DNA of 49,438 nt from IMG/VR virus record IMGVR_UViG_3300048693_000179, positions 1 through 49,438 of that record; one strand, given 5' to 3'. Under the pieces are notes generated by a model. The model ran no database searches and had not been told where the DNA came from. It was given only the letters and a program-made list of their open reading frames with translations. The translations under genes and the position numbers were made by a program. The first letter of the stretch is position 1; each line of letters opens with the position of its first letter. The DNA comes from a virus (Duplodnaviria > Caudoviricetes). This document shows, in pieces, positions 38,504-48,106 of this stretch.

Positions 38504-41500
38504 ATGAACGTACTTCCTAACATACTACAGTATGGAAGTAGTGGCACATCTGGTACATCAGGTGAATCACAAGCTTCTGACTACGTAAATAATTTCCCAG
38601 TTTATATAGATCCAGTGGTTCCAGTGGAGCCACCACCTAGTGAAATATCATCTAGTCAGAACTCCTTTTTGTCTAAGCTTTATGGTAGGATGCCTCAACA
38701 AGAGGTTGCTCCTATTATTACTAGCGAGCCACTTATTTATGTTGCTGCTCCTGATCCAGTGGATCCAGCAGACAACCAATCATTCATGTCTAAGCTATTT
38801 GCTAATGCAAATAACAATACAGCTTTCACAAGCAGCCCAGTAGTATGTGCTGCTAATCCTTGTCCTATCACATTGAACGCCACCTGTGTGTTCTATGAAG
38901 GACCTAATTTGATCTATACAAAGATCAACACAAACGACAACCTCCAGACAGCTCTTGAGAAGATAGAGGCAGCTATTGCTGATGAACTTGCAGGTAGCTC
39001 TGGTACGAGTGGCACTTCTGGCACCTCAGGAACGTCTGGTACAGCAGGTACTTCAGGTACCACTGGCACCAGCGGAACTTCAGGCACAAGTGCTACAGCA
39101 GGAACTAGCGGCACCTCAGGTAGCTCTGGCACATCTGGTACAACAGGAACAAGCGGTACGAGTGGTACTGACGGTAGTGGAGGAACCTCTGGAACCTCTG
39201 GGACGTCTGGAACATCTGGTACTAGTGGCACTGCTGGAACCAGTGGCACCTCTGGTACTACGGGTACAAGTGGCACATCAGGTACAGATGGTAGTGGTGG
39301 TACATCAGGAACATCTGGTACTTCAGGCACCAGTGGTACAGCTGGCACCTCAGGGACAAGTGGAACAACAGGCACTAGTGGAAGCAGTGGAACAAGCGGT
39401 ACAGATGGGTCTGGTGGTACATCAGGCACTTCGGGTACATCTGGAAGTGCTGGAAGTTCAGGTACAGCTGGTACTAGCGGTACGTCTGGAACAACTGGAA
39501 CATCTGGAACCTCAGGCACTACAGGTACGTCTGGTACCTCTGGTACTTCTGCAACAAGTGGTACAAGCGGAACTAGTGGTACAGATGGAACAGGAGGTAC
39601 GAGCGGTACATCTGGTACATCAGCCACTAGTGGAACTAGTGGTACAACAGGAACCAGTGGGTCAAGTGGTACTAGTGGAACCTCTGGAACATCAGGAACT
39701 GATGGCTCAGGAGGTACTTCTGGTACATCTGGTTCATCTGGTACAGCAGGAACTAGTGCAACTAGTGGTACATCAGGAAGCTCTGGTACTGCTGGTACAT
39801 CTGCAACTAGTGGAACCTCAGGCACTTCTGGAACGTCAGGTACTGACGGAACAGGAGGAACTAGTGGTACGTCAGGTACATCTGCCACCTCTGGATCATC
39901 AGGCTCTTCTGGAACTGATGGAACAGGAGGCACATCAGGTACTAGTGGAACCAGTGCGACCAGTGGTACGTCTGGAACTACAGGAACCTCAGGTAGTAGT
40001 GGTACAACAGGTACGTCTGGTACGAGTGGGACCGCTGGTACAAGTGGAACAGATGGTTCTGCAGGTACATCAGGTACAAGTGCAACGAGTGGAACAAGTG
40101 GTACAAGTGCTACATCAGGCACGTCTGGAACAAGTGGAACCACTGGTACATCTGGTAGCTCTGGCTTGAGTGGAGATAGATTTGCCACAACATCAAGCAC
40201 TTCGTATACATTACAAGCTGCTGGTAACAGTGGCACAATCACCGTAGGAACAGGACTAGCCTATACAGTGGCTCAGTCTATCATTATAGCATACGATGCA
40301 ACTCACTATCAAGAGGCTGAGGTAAGTTCATACAATCCTGCTACAGGTAGTTTGTCATTTACCACTATCACTCAAGTAGGTTCAGGAACATATAGTTCCT
40401 GGTCTGTAAACCTTGATGGTGCCACAGGTGGTGATGGTTCTAGCGGATCATCAGGCACTAGTGGTACATCCGCAACATCTGGCACTTCAGGTACGACAGG
40501 TACATCAGGTTCAAGTGGTACGTCTGCTACGTCAGGAACCTCTGGTACTACAGGAACTAGTGGAACTGACGGTACAAGTGGAACCAGCGGCACCACAGGT
40601 ACATCTGGCTCAAGCGGTAGTAGTGGATCTTCAGGAAGCAGTGGTTCTAGTGGAACCTCTGCCACTTCTGGAACTTCTGGTACGTCTGCTACAGATGGTA
40701 CAGGGGGCACTAGTGGAACTAGTGGATCCTCTGGATCAAGCGGTAGTGCTGGAACAAGTGGTACAGCAGGTAGTCCTGGTACGTCTGGAACTAGTGGTAG
40801 TTCTGGAACAGCAGGATCGTCAGGAACCACAGGTACATCTGGAACTTCTGGAACAACAGGTACCAGTGGTACTAGTGGTGTATCTGGAACCTCTGGGACT
40901 AGTGGTACAAACGGTACAGGTGGAACATCTGGCACCTCTGGAAGCAGTGGAACATCTGGGTCTAGCGGTACAGCAGGTTCATCTGGTACTAGTGGAACAT
41001 CAGGTACAGCAGGTACAAACGGTAGTCCAGGAACCTCTGGCACAAGTGGGTCAAGTGGAACGAGTGGTACAAGCGGTACGACAGGTACCAGTGGAACGTC
41101 AGGATCTAGTGGATCTAGTGGTATAAACGTTGGATCAAGTGCTGTAATCGTACTTGGTGCAGGTGCTTGTTCATCTGTTAGATGTGGTGTGAGTAATAGT
41201 GCTTTAGGTGGTTTAACAGGCAACTTGGCAGGGCAGAATAACACTATGAGTGGTTGTTGCTATAATGTTGTTATTGGTGGATATAACAGCACAGCAAGTG
41301 GAACATATTATTCTTTTATAGGAAATGGTAGCACTCACACTGCAAGTGGTAACGTTTCATTTATAGGGACAGGTGTTTCAAACACCGCAAGTGGCAGTTT
41401 CTCTTTTATAGGAAATGGTGCGAGTAATGTAGCTAATAATAGCTATGCAACAGTAGTTAATGGTAACTCAAACACTGCATCAGGAACATATTCTTTTATT

Positions 41501-44500
41501 GGAGGAGGTACAGGAAATAGAGGTTGCACAAATCATACAACCGTAGCAGGTGGTAGATATAACTGTGCATTTGGTGAAGCATCTGCTGTTCTTGGTGGTG
41601 AGTATAGTAGAGCAACAGGAAACTATTCAACAGTTGGTGGTGGTTCTTCGAACACTGCCTCTGCTTACATGGGTGTTGTAGCAGGAGGATATGGAAACCA
41701 AGCTACAGGAGCATACGCTTTTATAGGTGGTGGTGGTTGTGGAGCTTGTCCTAACTGCGCAACAGCTACACATGCAATAGTGGTTGGTGGTATTAATAAT
41801 AAAGCTACAGGGAACTGTGCCGCAGTTGTGGGTGGTAAAAATAACACTTCGAGTGGTGCTTACGCATTTGTTGGAAGTGGTATTAATATGAGTTCTCAAG
41901 GAGCTTGGTCAGGTATTGCAAGTGGATATTATAACACTGTATCAAACTATTCTTCTTTTATAGGAGGTGGTGAAGGTGGTACAGTGAGTGGGAATAGGGC
42001 ATTTATAGGAGGTGGTCAATCTAATATAGCTTCAGCAAACCACACTATTGTAGTAGGTGGAGTATCTAATACGGCATCAGGTGGATGTTCCGCAGTACTA
42101 AGTGGTAAAGGAAACTCTGTATCAGGTTGTTATTCTGTAATTGCAGGTGGTCGTACAATGTCCTTAACAGGAAACTATAGTAACATTAGTGGTGGTGCAG
42201 ATAGTAGTAATCAGGGATATATTTCTGTAATTGGTGGAGGTTATGCTAACTGTATATCTGCCATATCTTATGGTACAATATCAGGTGGATATATAAACTG
42301 TATTACATCATCTTATGGAACAATAGGTGGGGGACTTAGAAACTGCGCTACAGGTGGATATGGAACTGTATCGGGAGGTAGATGTAGTAGTGCTTCAGGA
42401 GTTTATTCAACAGTAACAGGAGGTATTGTAAACTCAGCATCTTCGGTTGGAGCTGTAGCAGGTGGTTATGCTAACACTGCAAGTAACAGATATTCAGCAG
42501 CTCATGGAGGTCTTGCAAACGTTGCTCAAGGTATTTCATCTCTTGTATCAGGTGGACAATGTAATTATGTTTGCAACTGTATATCAGGATGCCTTGCTTA
42601 TGGAGGAGTTGTGACAGGTGGTGTAGGTAATAATACTACGGGAGGTACATGGAACATAGCTTCTTGTGCATTTACGGTAGCACCAACTATTTGTAACGCA
42701 GGTCAATTCTCTTTTGTAGGAGGTGGATTTCAGAATGTAGCCACAGGCGCATATTCAGTTTTAGGTGGTGGGCAATGCAACACTGCAAGTGGATATAGGA
42801 GTTTTGTAGGTTCAGGTTATCAAACTGTAGCATTAGGTTGTCATAGTGTAGCTGTTGGAGGTTTGTTTAACTGTGCAAGTAACTGTGCAGTAGTGGTAGG
42901 TGGTTGCGTCAATACGGCTTCAGGTGCATATTCTTTTATTGGTGGTGGTAGGAATCACTTATCAAATGGTACTTGGTCTACAATTTCAGGTGGATATGGA
43001 AACCTTGCAAGTGGTCAAATAAGTGTAGTTGCAGGTGGGTATGGAAGTAGTGCAACAGGTTGTCGTGCTGCAACATTGGGTGGTCAATCAAATGGTGCAT
43101 CAGGCGCATGGGCTACAGCAGGTGGCGGAATTAGTAATGTTGCATCAGGAGAATCGTCAGTGGTAAGTGGTGGTGATAGTAACACGGCAAGTGGTATTCG
43201 TGCAGCAATAGGAGGTGGGTTATCAAATACAGCAACACAATGTGTGTCAACAGTAGCAGGTGGAGACTATAATGATGCTACAGCAAATAGAGCCTTTATA
43301 GGTGGTGGATATAATAATACAGCTTCTTCAAGCTATACCACTGTATCAGGTGGTTATCAAAATACGGCATCTGCTACAAGGGCTACGATTGGAGGTGGTC
43401 AGTTTAATTGTAGCACAGATGGATATTCATTTGTTGGAGGAGGTTTGTCTAACTGTGCAACAGCTCTTTTCTCATTTGTAGGCGGGGGATGCTTAAACAC
43501 AGCTTCAGGAGGACAAAGTTTCGTTGGTGGCGGTCAGGCAAACTGTGCAACAAGTGGAAATACAACAGTTGGTGGGGGACTATGTAATAGAGCAACAGGG
43601 TGTAGAACTACTGTTGCAGGAGGTCAAAATAATAGTGCTTCAGGAGGATATTGGTCATTCATTGGAGGTGGAGTTAATAACTCTGCTACGTCTGAATCTG
43701 TTGTAGCAGGTGGTGCGAGTAATACTGCATCAGGTTATCGTTCTTTTGTTGGAAGTGGCTCAAGCAACGTTTCTTCAGGCAACAGGGCTGTAATTGTCGG
43801 GGGTAATGGTAATGTTGCTAATTCTTCATATTCAACAGTAGGTGGTGGGTTATCTAACACAGCATTAAATGACTATTCTACTGTTTCAGGTGGTTATAAT
43901 AACTGTGCTTGTGGATATATGTCAACAGTGGGTGGTGGTTGTATAAACTGTGCATTTGCGACATCATCAGGTACTTTCAGTGGTAGATATAATTCTACAT
44001 CGGGTAACTATGGATTTGTAGGGGGTGGCTTCAATAATAAAAACTTTGGATATGCCTCTACCATAAGCGGTGGATATAAAAACTGCACTAACGGTAATGA
44101 TGTTACTATAGGTGGTGGTGTGTGCAATATGATTTGTAATAGTACAGATTGTAGTGTTGCATCAGGAGCAACCATAGGTGGTGGAGCAGGAAACAATACA
44201 TCAGGGGGTAGTTGGACAGCGGGAGGCTATTTTACCGCATCTCCCACTACAATATATCAGGCGGGTCAGTTGTCCACTATTTCAGGAGGATTTCAGAACA
44301 GAGCTACAGGTTATGGTGCAACAATTGGAGGAGGTTATTTTAACGTAGGTTCAGGCAATTGTTCTTTTATTGGTGGTGGATGTGGTAATGCAGCTTCAAG
44401 TGGACATTCAACAATTGGTGGAGGTACTTCAAATGTAGCTTCAAATACAAGAGCAACAGTTGGTGGTGGAGGAGCAAATACATCTTCAGGATATAGAGCA

Positions 44501-47500
44501 ACAATATCAGGTGGAGCAGGAAATACTTCATCAGGTTATGGTTCTTTTGTGGGTGGTGGCTCTGCAAACGTAGCAAATGCTACGCACTCAACACTTGGAG
44601 GTGGTGTGTCAAATACAACATCAGGGACTTATTCATTAATTGGGGGTGGTTATGTAAATGCTAATACAGCATACTCAGGTACTGTATCAGGAGGTTATAG
44701 AAACTGCATATGTGGAGGCAGTTACAATACAATTAGTGGTGGTAGATTCAATAGAAACGATACCATATATAGTACAATTGGTGGTGGTTTATACAACTGC
44801 ACTACAGGCAATAGTTATGCAACAATTGCAGGAGGAAATTGTAATACGGCAAGTGGATATATTTCAGCAATAGGTGGTGGTCAAGCTAATATAGCATCAG
44901 GGAGTTTTACATTTGTAGGGGGTGGTAATGGTGTTTGTGCAACAGCTTGTTTAGCTACTTCAGTGGGAGGGGCTAATAATAGAGCGTCAGGATTAAGAGC
45001 GTTCCATGGTGGAGGTTCTGCGAACACTGCATCAGGATATATTTCTGTTGTTGTGGGTGGAGATTCTAACACAGCAAATGCCACTTATGGAACTGTCAGC
45101 GGTGGTAATTCGAATACAGCTTCAGGTACAAATTCTACTGTTAGCGGTGGTACATCTAACACAGCATCAGGTAATTGCGCTTTTATTGGAGGTGGCTCAA
45201 GTAATACTGCGTCATTCAATAGAGCAACCATTGGAGGTGGTACAGGAAATACAGCATCAGCTCAATACTCTACCATAGCAGGTGGTATTGCAAACAATGC
45301 TACAGGTTATGCTTCAACAACAAGTGGTGGATATGGAAATAACAATAATGCAACCGCAGGAACAATAGGAGGAGGTAGTTGCAACAGAGTATGTAACTCA
45401 TTAGGAGGTTGTTGTGCATCAGGAGCTACTATAGCAGGTGGTGTGGGTAATAACTCTTCAGGTGGTACATGGAATGATGCAGGATATTTTACTGTAGCTC
45501 CAACAACTTTTTATGCCGCAGGTAAGTTCTCAACAATAGGAGGAGGATTTCAGAATAGGGCTACTGATTTTACTGACGTTGTTGCAGGTGGTTTTTGCAA
45601 TATAACATGTGGTGGATTTGGTGCAGTTGGAGGTGGTAGATGTAACATAGCAAGTGGAACAAGAGCAACTGTATCAGGTGGTGAAACAAACACAGCTAAT
45701 AATTCTTGGTCAAATGTAAGTGGAGGTTTATCAAACACTTCATCAGGAGCTTATTCATCAGTAGGAGGAGGAATATCAAATGGAGCAACTGCAACACTAT
45801 CTACAATTGCAGGTGGTCAAAATAACATTGCATCAGGAAATAGAGCTACAGTATCAGGGGGGCAATTAAATACTGCTTCAGGAGCTTGTTCTACAATAAG
45901 TGGTGGAGATAGTAATACAGCATCTAACAGTGGTTCATCGATTGGAGGAGGGCAGGCAAACTTTGTTTCAGGACCGAATTCTTTTGTAGGTGGTGGTTGT
46001 GCTAACATAGCGTGTGACATAGGAACATTCATCGGTGGTGGATATGGTAACTGTACAACAGCAAGCACTAATACAGCTGTAATAGCAGGTGGTAGGTCTA
46101 ATACTGCATCAGGGTATAGAAGTGCAATAGTAGGAGGACAAGGTAACTTAGCATCAGCAGGTTGGTCTTTTGTTGGTGGAGGAGCTTCTAACACTGCATC
46201 AGGATATAGGGCTGCTGTAGTTGGAGGTACACAAAATAGAGCAACATCTACTTATTCTTTTGTAGGTGCAGGTTTGAATAACAGAGCTTGTGGGTCTGCA
46301 TACAATACAGTAAGTGGAGGATACAATAACACTGCAAGTGGAACATATTTTACTACAATAGCAGGAGGTGCAAGTAATGTTGCAAATGGTAGTAGAAGTT
46401 TTATTGGTGGTGGTGATAGTAACACTGCATCAGGTTATCGTGCTGTTGTGGGTGGAGGTACATCTGTTGTTGCATCAGGTAACTGTTCATTTGCAGGTGG
46501 AGGTATTTCTAACACTGCGTCAGGTGCTTTTTCTACAATAGGAGGTGGATGTTCAAACATATCTACTTCAAATGCAACTACTGTTGCAGGTGGTAGAATT
46601 AATTGGGCTTGCGCAGAGGCTGCTGCTGTTCTCGGTGGTGAAATTAATAAAGCCACAGCAAGCTATTCTACAATAGGTGGTGGTTCAGGTAACACAGCGA
46701 GTGGTTATATGAGCGTTGTGGGTGGAGGTTACAATAATATTGCATCAGGAAGGGCTGCCGTAGTTGTAGGTGGAGGAAATGGAGCATTTTGTTGTAATCG
46801 TGCTTTAGGTGAATACGCATTTATAGGTGGAGGTATATCAAACACGGCAACAGGATGTTTCCCATTAATAGGTGGTGGACGAGGAAACACATCTTCAGCC
46901 GACGATGCAGTTGTTAGTGGTGGTTTAAATAACACAGCATCAACATATCGTGCAAGTGTATTAGGAGGATGTAGTAATACAGCATCAGGAGGTTATTCAG
47001 TAGTGGTAGGTGGTAGAGCAAACTCTGCTACATCAACATGTTCATTTGTAGGAGGAGGCGGTGGAAACCAAGCTCAAAGACCATACAGTACGGTAGTAGG
47101 TGGTAGAAACAACTGTGTTTGTGGAAACCACTCAGGAGCTGTCGTTGGTGGTTCTGCTAATACCGTTTCAGGATACTATTCGTTCATAGGAGCAGGTTAT
47201 AACAACAGAATCCTTAATGGTATATATGCTGCTACTATCTCAGGTGGTTATCAAAATACAATATCAGCAGGATGTCAAGGAACTATTGGTGGTGGTAGAG
47301 GAAATAGTGTAACAGGTCATTGGGCTACTGTTGGAGGAGGACAAAATAATACTTCATCAAGCACACATTCAACAATAGCAGGTGGGTTAAGCAATGGTGC
47401 AAGTGGTGTTAGGTCTTTTATTGGGGGAGGTTATAATAATAGTGCTTCAGGATTATGTGCAACTATTTCAGGTGGATTCAATAATACAGCAAGTGGCAAT

Positions 47501-48106
47501 TATGCACCAACAGTAGGGGGTGGTAACTCCAATATAGCTACAAGTGTTTACACTTTTGTAGGTGGAGGTGACAGTAATACAGCAAATAATGGCAGAAGTG
47601 TTATAGTGGGCGGTTATAATGGAACTGCTTCAGGTGCTTATTCAGGTGTATTGGGTGGTTATCAGAATAATGCAACAGGTTCATTCTCTTCTGTATCAGG
47701 AGGATATAGAAATACAATATCAGGAAGTTTCTCAGGAGGTGGTGGATGCTGTATAGCAGGAACTTGCGGATACACCTTCTATTGGAACAACTTCTGTGCT
47801 ACAGCTTGTATGTGGGCAGTGGCTTATTTTGAATCTTCTGACGAAAGATTGAAAAATATCCATTGCAGGGTAGGCTCTTTTGATAATATCAATCCTATCT
47901 ATTTTAATTGGAAAGAGGGAGATGAAAGCCTCATTAACATCGGTTACTCTGCTCAGAACGTAAAAGAAACCCTCCCTCAAGCAGTAAGAACAGATGAAAA
48001 GGGCTACTATAATGTTGATTACCATCAGGTGCACATCTATAAAATAACTAAGCTTGAGGAACGCATCACACAGCTTGAGGAAATAATCAAAAAGTTAGCA
48101 CCATGA
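38504..48106 (+). CDS. Giant tail fibre: (GTS)n stalk, GGxxN repeat solenoid, C-terminal peptidase S74 intramolecular chaperone
   Basis: 3200 aa; docking motif at ~38880; Gly-X-Y blocks; ~15-aa GGxxNxA repeats; SDERLKNI...IGYSAQNV...LPQAV......VDY plus coiled coil from 47837. Confidence 0.85.
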   Translation: MNVLPNILQYGSSGTSGTSGESQASDYVNNFPVYIDPVVPVEPPPSEISSSQNSFLSKLYGRMPQQEVAPIITSEPLIYVAAPDPVDPADNQSFMSKLFANANNNTAFTSSPVVCAANPCPITLNATCVFYEGPNLIYTKINTNDNLQTALEKIEAAIADELAGSSGTSGTSGTSGTSGTAGTSGTTGTSGTSGTSATAGTSGTSGSSGTSGTTGTSGTSGTDGSGGTSGTSGTSGTSGTSGTAGTSGTSGTTGTSGTSGTDGSGGTSGTSGTSGTSGTAGTSGTSGTTGTSGSSGTSGTDGSGGTSGTSGTSGSAGSSGTAGTSGTSGTTGTSGTSGTTGTSGTSGTSATSGTSGTSGTDGTGGTSGTSGTSATSGTSGTTGTSGSSGTSGTSGTSGTDGSGGTSGTSGSSGTAGTSATSGTSGSSGTAGTSATSGTSGTSGTSGTDGTGGTSGTSGTSATSGSSGSSGTDGTGGTSGTSGTSATSGTSGTTGTSGSSGTTGTSGTSGTAGTSGTDGSAGTSGTSATSGTSGTSATSGTSGTSGTTGTSGSSGLSGDRFATTSSTSYTLQAAGNSGTITVGTGLAYTVAQSIIIAYDATHYQEAEVSSYNPATGSLSFTTITQVGSGTYSSWSVNLDGATGGDGSSGSSGTSGTSATSGTSGTTGTSGSSGTSATSGTSGTTGTSGTDGTSGTSGTTGTSGSSGSSGSSGSSGSSGTSATSGTSGTSATDGTGGTSGTSGSSGSSGSAGTSGTAGSPGTSGTSGSSGTAGSSGTTGTSGTSGTTGTSGTSGVSGTSGTSGTNGTGGTSGTSGSSGTSGSSGTAGSSGTSGTSGTAGTNGSPGTSGTSGSSGTSGTSGTTGTSGTSGSSGSSGINVGSSAVIVLGAGACSSVRCGVSNSALGGLTGNLAGQNNTMSGCCYNVVIGGYNSTASGTYYSFIGNGSTHTASGNVSFIGTGVSNTASGSFSFIGNGASNVANNSYATVVNGNSNTASGTYSFIGGGTGNRGCTNHTTVAGGRYNCAFGEASAVLGGEYSRATGNYSTVGGGSSNTASAYMGVVAGGYGNQATGAYAFIGGGGCGACPNCATATHAIVVGGINNKATGNCAAVVGGKNNTSSGAYAFVGSGINMSSQGAWSGIASGYYNTVSNYSSFIGGGEGGTVSGNRAFIGGGQSNIASANHTIVVGGVSNTASGGCSAVLSGKGNSVSGCYSVIAGGRTMSLTGNYSNISGGADSSNQGYISVIGGGYANCISAISYGTISGGYINCITSSYGTIGGGLRNCATGGYGTVSGGRCSSASGVYSTVTGGIVNSASSVGAVAGGYANTASNRYSAAHGGLANVAQGISSLVSGGQCNYVCNCISGCLAYGGVVTGGVGNNTTGGTWNIASCAFTVAPTICNAGQFSFVGGGFQNVATGAYSVLGGGQCNTASGYRSFVGSGYQTVALGCHSVAVGGLFNCASNCAVVVGGCVNTASGAYSFIGGGRNHLSNGTWSTISGGYGNLASGQISVVAGGYGSSATGCRAATLGGQSNGASGAWATAGGGISNVASGESSVVSGGDSNTASGIRAAIGGGLSNTATQCVSTVAGGDYNDATANRAFIGGGYNNTASSSYTTVSGGYQNTASATRATIGGGQFNCSTDGYSFVGGGLSNCATALFSFVGGGCLNTASGGQSFVGGGQANCATSGNTTVGGGLCNRATGCRTTVAGGQNNSASGGYWSFIGGGVNNSATSESVVAGGASNTASGYRSFVGSGSSNVSSGNRAVIVGGNGNVANSSYSTVGGGLSNTALNDYSTVSGGYNNCACGYMSTVGGGCINCAFATSSGTFSGRYNSTSGNYGFVGGGFNNKNFGYASTISGGYKNCTNGNDVTIGGGVCNMICNSTDCSVASGATIGGGAGNNTSGGSWTAGGYFTASPTTIYQAGQLSTISGGFQNRATGYGATIGGGYFNVGSGNCSFIGGGCGNAASSGHSTIGGGTSNVASNTRATVGGGGANTSSGYRATISGGAGNTSSGYGSFVGGGSANVANATHSTLGGGVSNTTSGTYSLIGGGYVNANTAYSGTVSGGYRNCICGGSYNTISGGRFNRNDTIYSTIGGGLYNCTTGNSYATIAGGNCNTASGYISAIGGGQANIASGSFTFVGGGNGVCATACLATSVGGANNRASGLRAFHGGGSANTASGYISVVVGGDSNTANATYGTVSGGNSNTASGTNSTVSGGTSNTASGNCAFIGGGSSNTASFNRATIGGGTGNTASAQYSTIAGGIANNATGYASTTSGGYGNNNNATAGTIGGGSCNRVCNSLGGCCASGATIAGGVGNNSSGGTWNDAGYFTVAPTTFYAAGKFSTIGGGFQNRATDFTDVVAGGFCNITCGGFGAVGGGRCNIASGTRATVSGGETNTANNSWSNVSGGLSNTSSGAYSSVGGGISNGATATLSTIAGGQNNIASGNRATVSGGQLNTASGACSTISGGDSNTASNSGSSIGGGQANFVSGPNSFVGGGCANIACDIGTFIGGGYGNCTTASTNTAVIAGGRSNTASGYRSAIVGGQGNLASAGWSFVGGGASNTASGYRAAVVGGTQNRATSTYSFVGAGLNNRACGSAYNTVSGGYNNTASGTYFTTIAGGASNVANGSRSFIGGGDSNTASGYRAVVGGGTSVVASGNCSFAGGGISNTASGAFSTIGGGCSNISTSNATTVAGGRINWACAEAAAVLGGEINKATASYSTIGGGSGNTASGYMSVVGGGYNNIASGRAAVVVGGGNGAFCCNRALGEYAFIGGGISNTATGCFPLIGGGRGNTSSADDAVVSGGLNNTASTYRASVLGGCSNTASGGYSVVVGGRANSATSTCSFVGGGGGNQAQRPYSTVVGGRNNCVCGNHSGAVVGGSANTVSGYYSFIGAGYNNRILNGIYAATISGGYQNTISAGCQGTIGGGRGNSVTGHWATVGGGQNNTSSSTHSTIAGGLSNGASGVRSFIGGGYNNSASGLCATISGGFNNTASGNYAPTVGGGNSNIATSVYTFVGGGDSNTANNGRSVIVGGYNGTASGAYSGVLGGYQNNATGSFSSVSGGYRNTISGSFSGGGGCCIAGTCGYTFYWNNFCATACMWAVAYFESSDERLKNIHCRVGSFDNINPIYFNWKEGDESLINIGYSAQNVKETLPQAVRTDEKGYYNVDYHQVHIYKITKLEERITQLEEIIKKLAP
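38993..40174 (+). repeat. (Gly-Thr-Ser)n tripeptide repeat, block 1
   Basis: About 390 aa of G/T/S with Gly (occasionally Ala) at every third position; synonymous codons vary between units. Confidence 0.95.
40417..41123 (+). repeat. (Gly-Thr/Ser-Ser)n tripeptide repeat, block 2
   Basis: About 235 aa with the same 9-bp periodicity. Confidence 0.95.
41170..47790 (+). repeat. ~15-aa (45-bp) degenerate repeat, consensus GGxxNTASGxxSxVx
   Basis: More than 100 consecutive units visible in the translation, e.g. GGGSSNTASAYMGVV and GGGDSNTASGYRAVV. Confidence 0.9.

Noticed and set aside
38914-41244. Long minus-strand VPxVP ORFs (442 and 290 aa) and alternative plus-frame ORFs (397 and 237 aa)
   Set aside because: Stop-free shadows of the GTS codon repeat; no independent expression signals.
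38993-47790. Periodic DNA resembling a CRISPR array or satellite
   Set aside because: The 9-bp and 45-bp periodicity is degenerate at third codon positions, so it is a protein-level repeat; there are no identical repeats with unique spacers.
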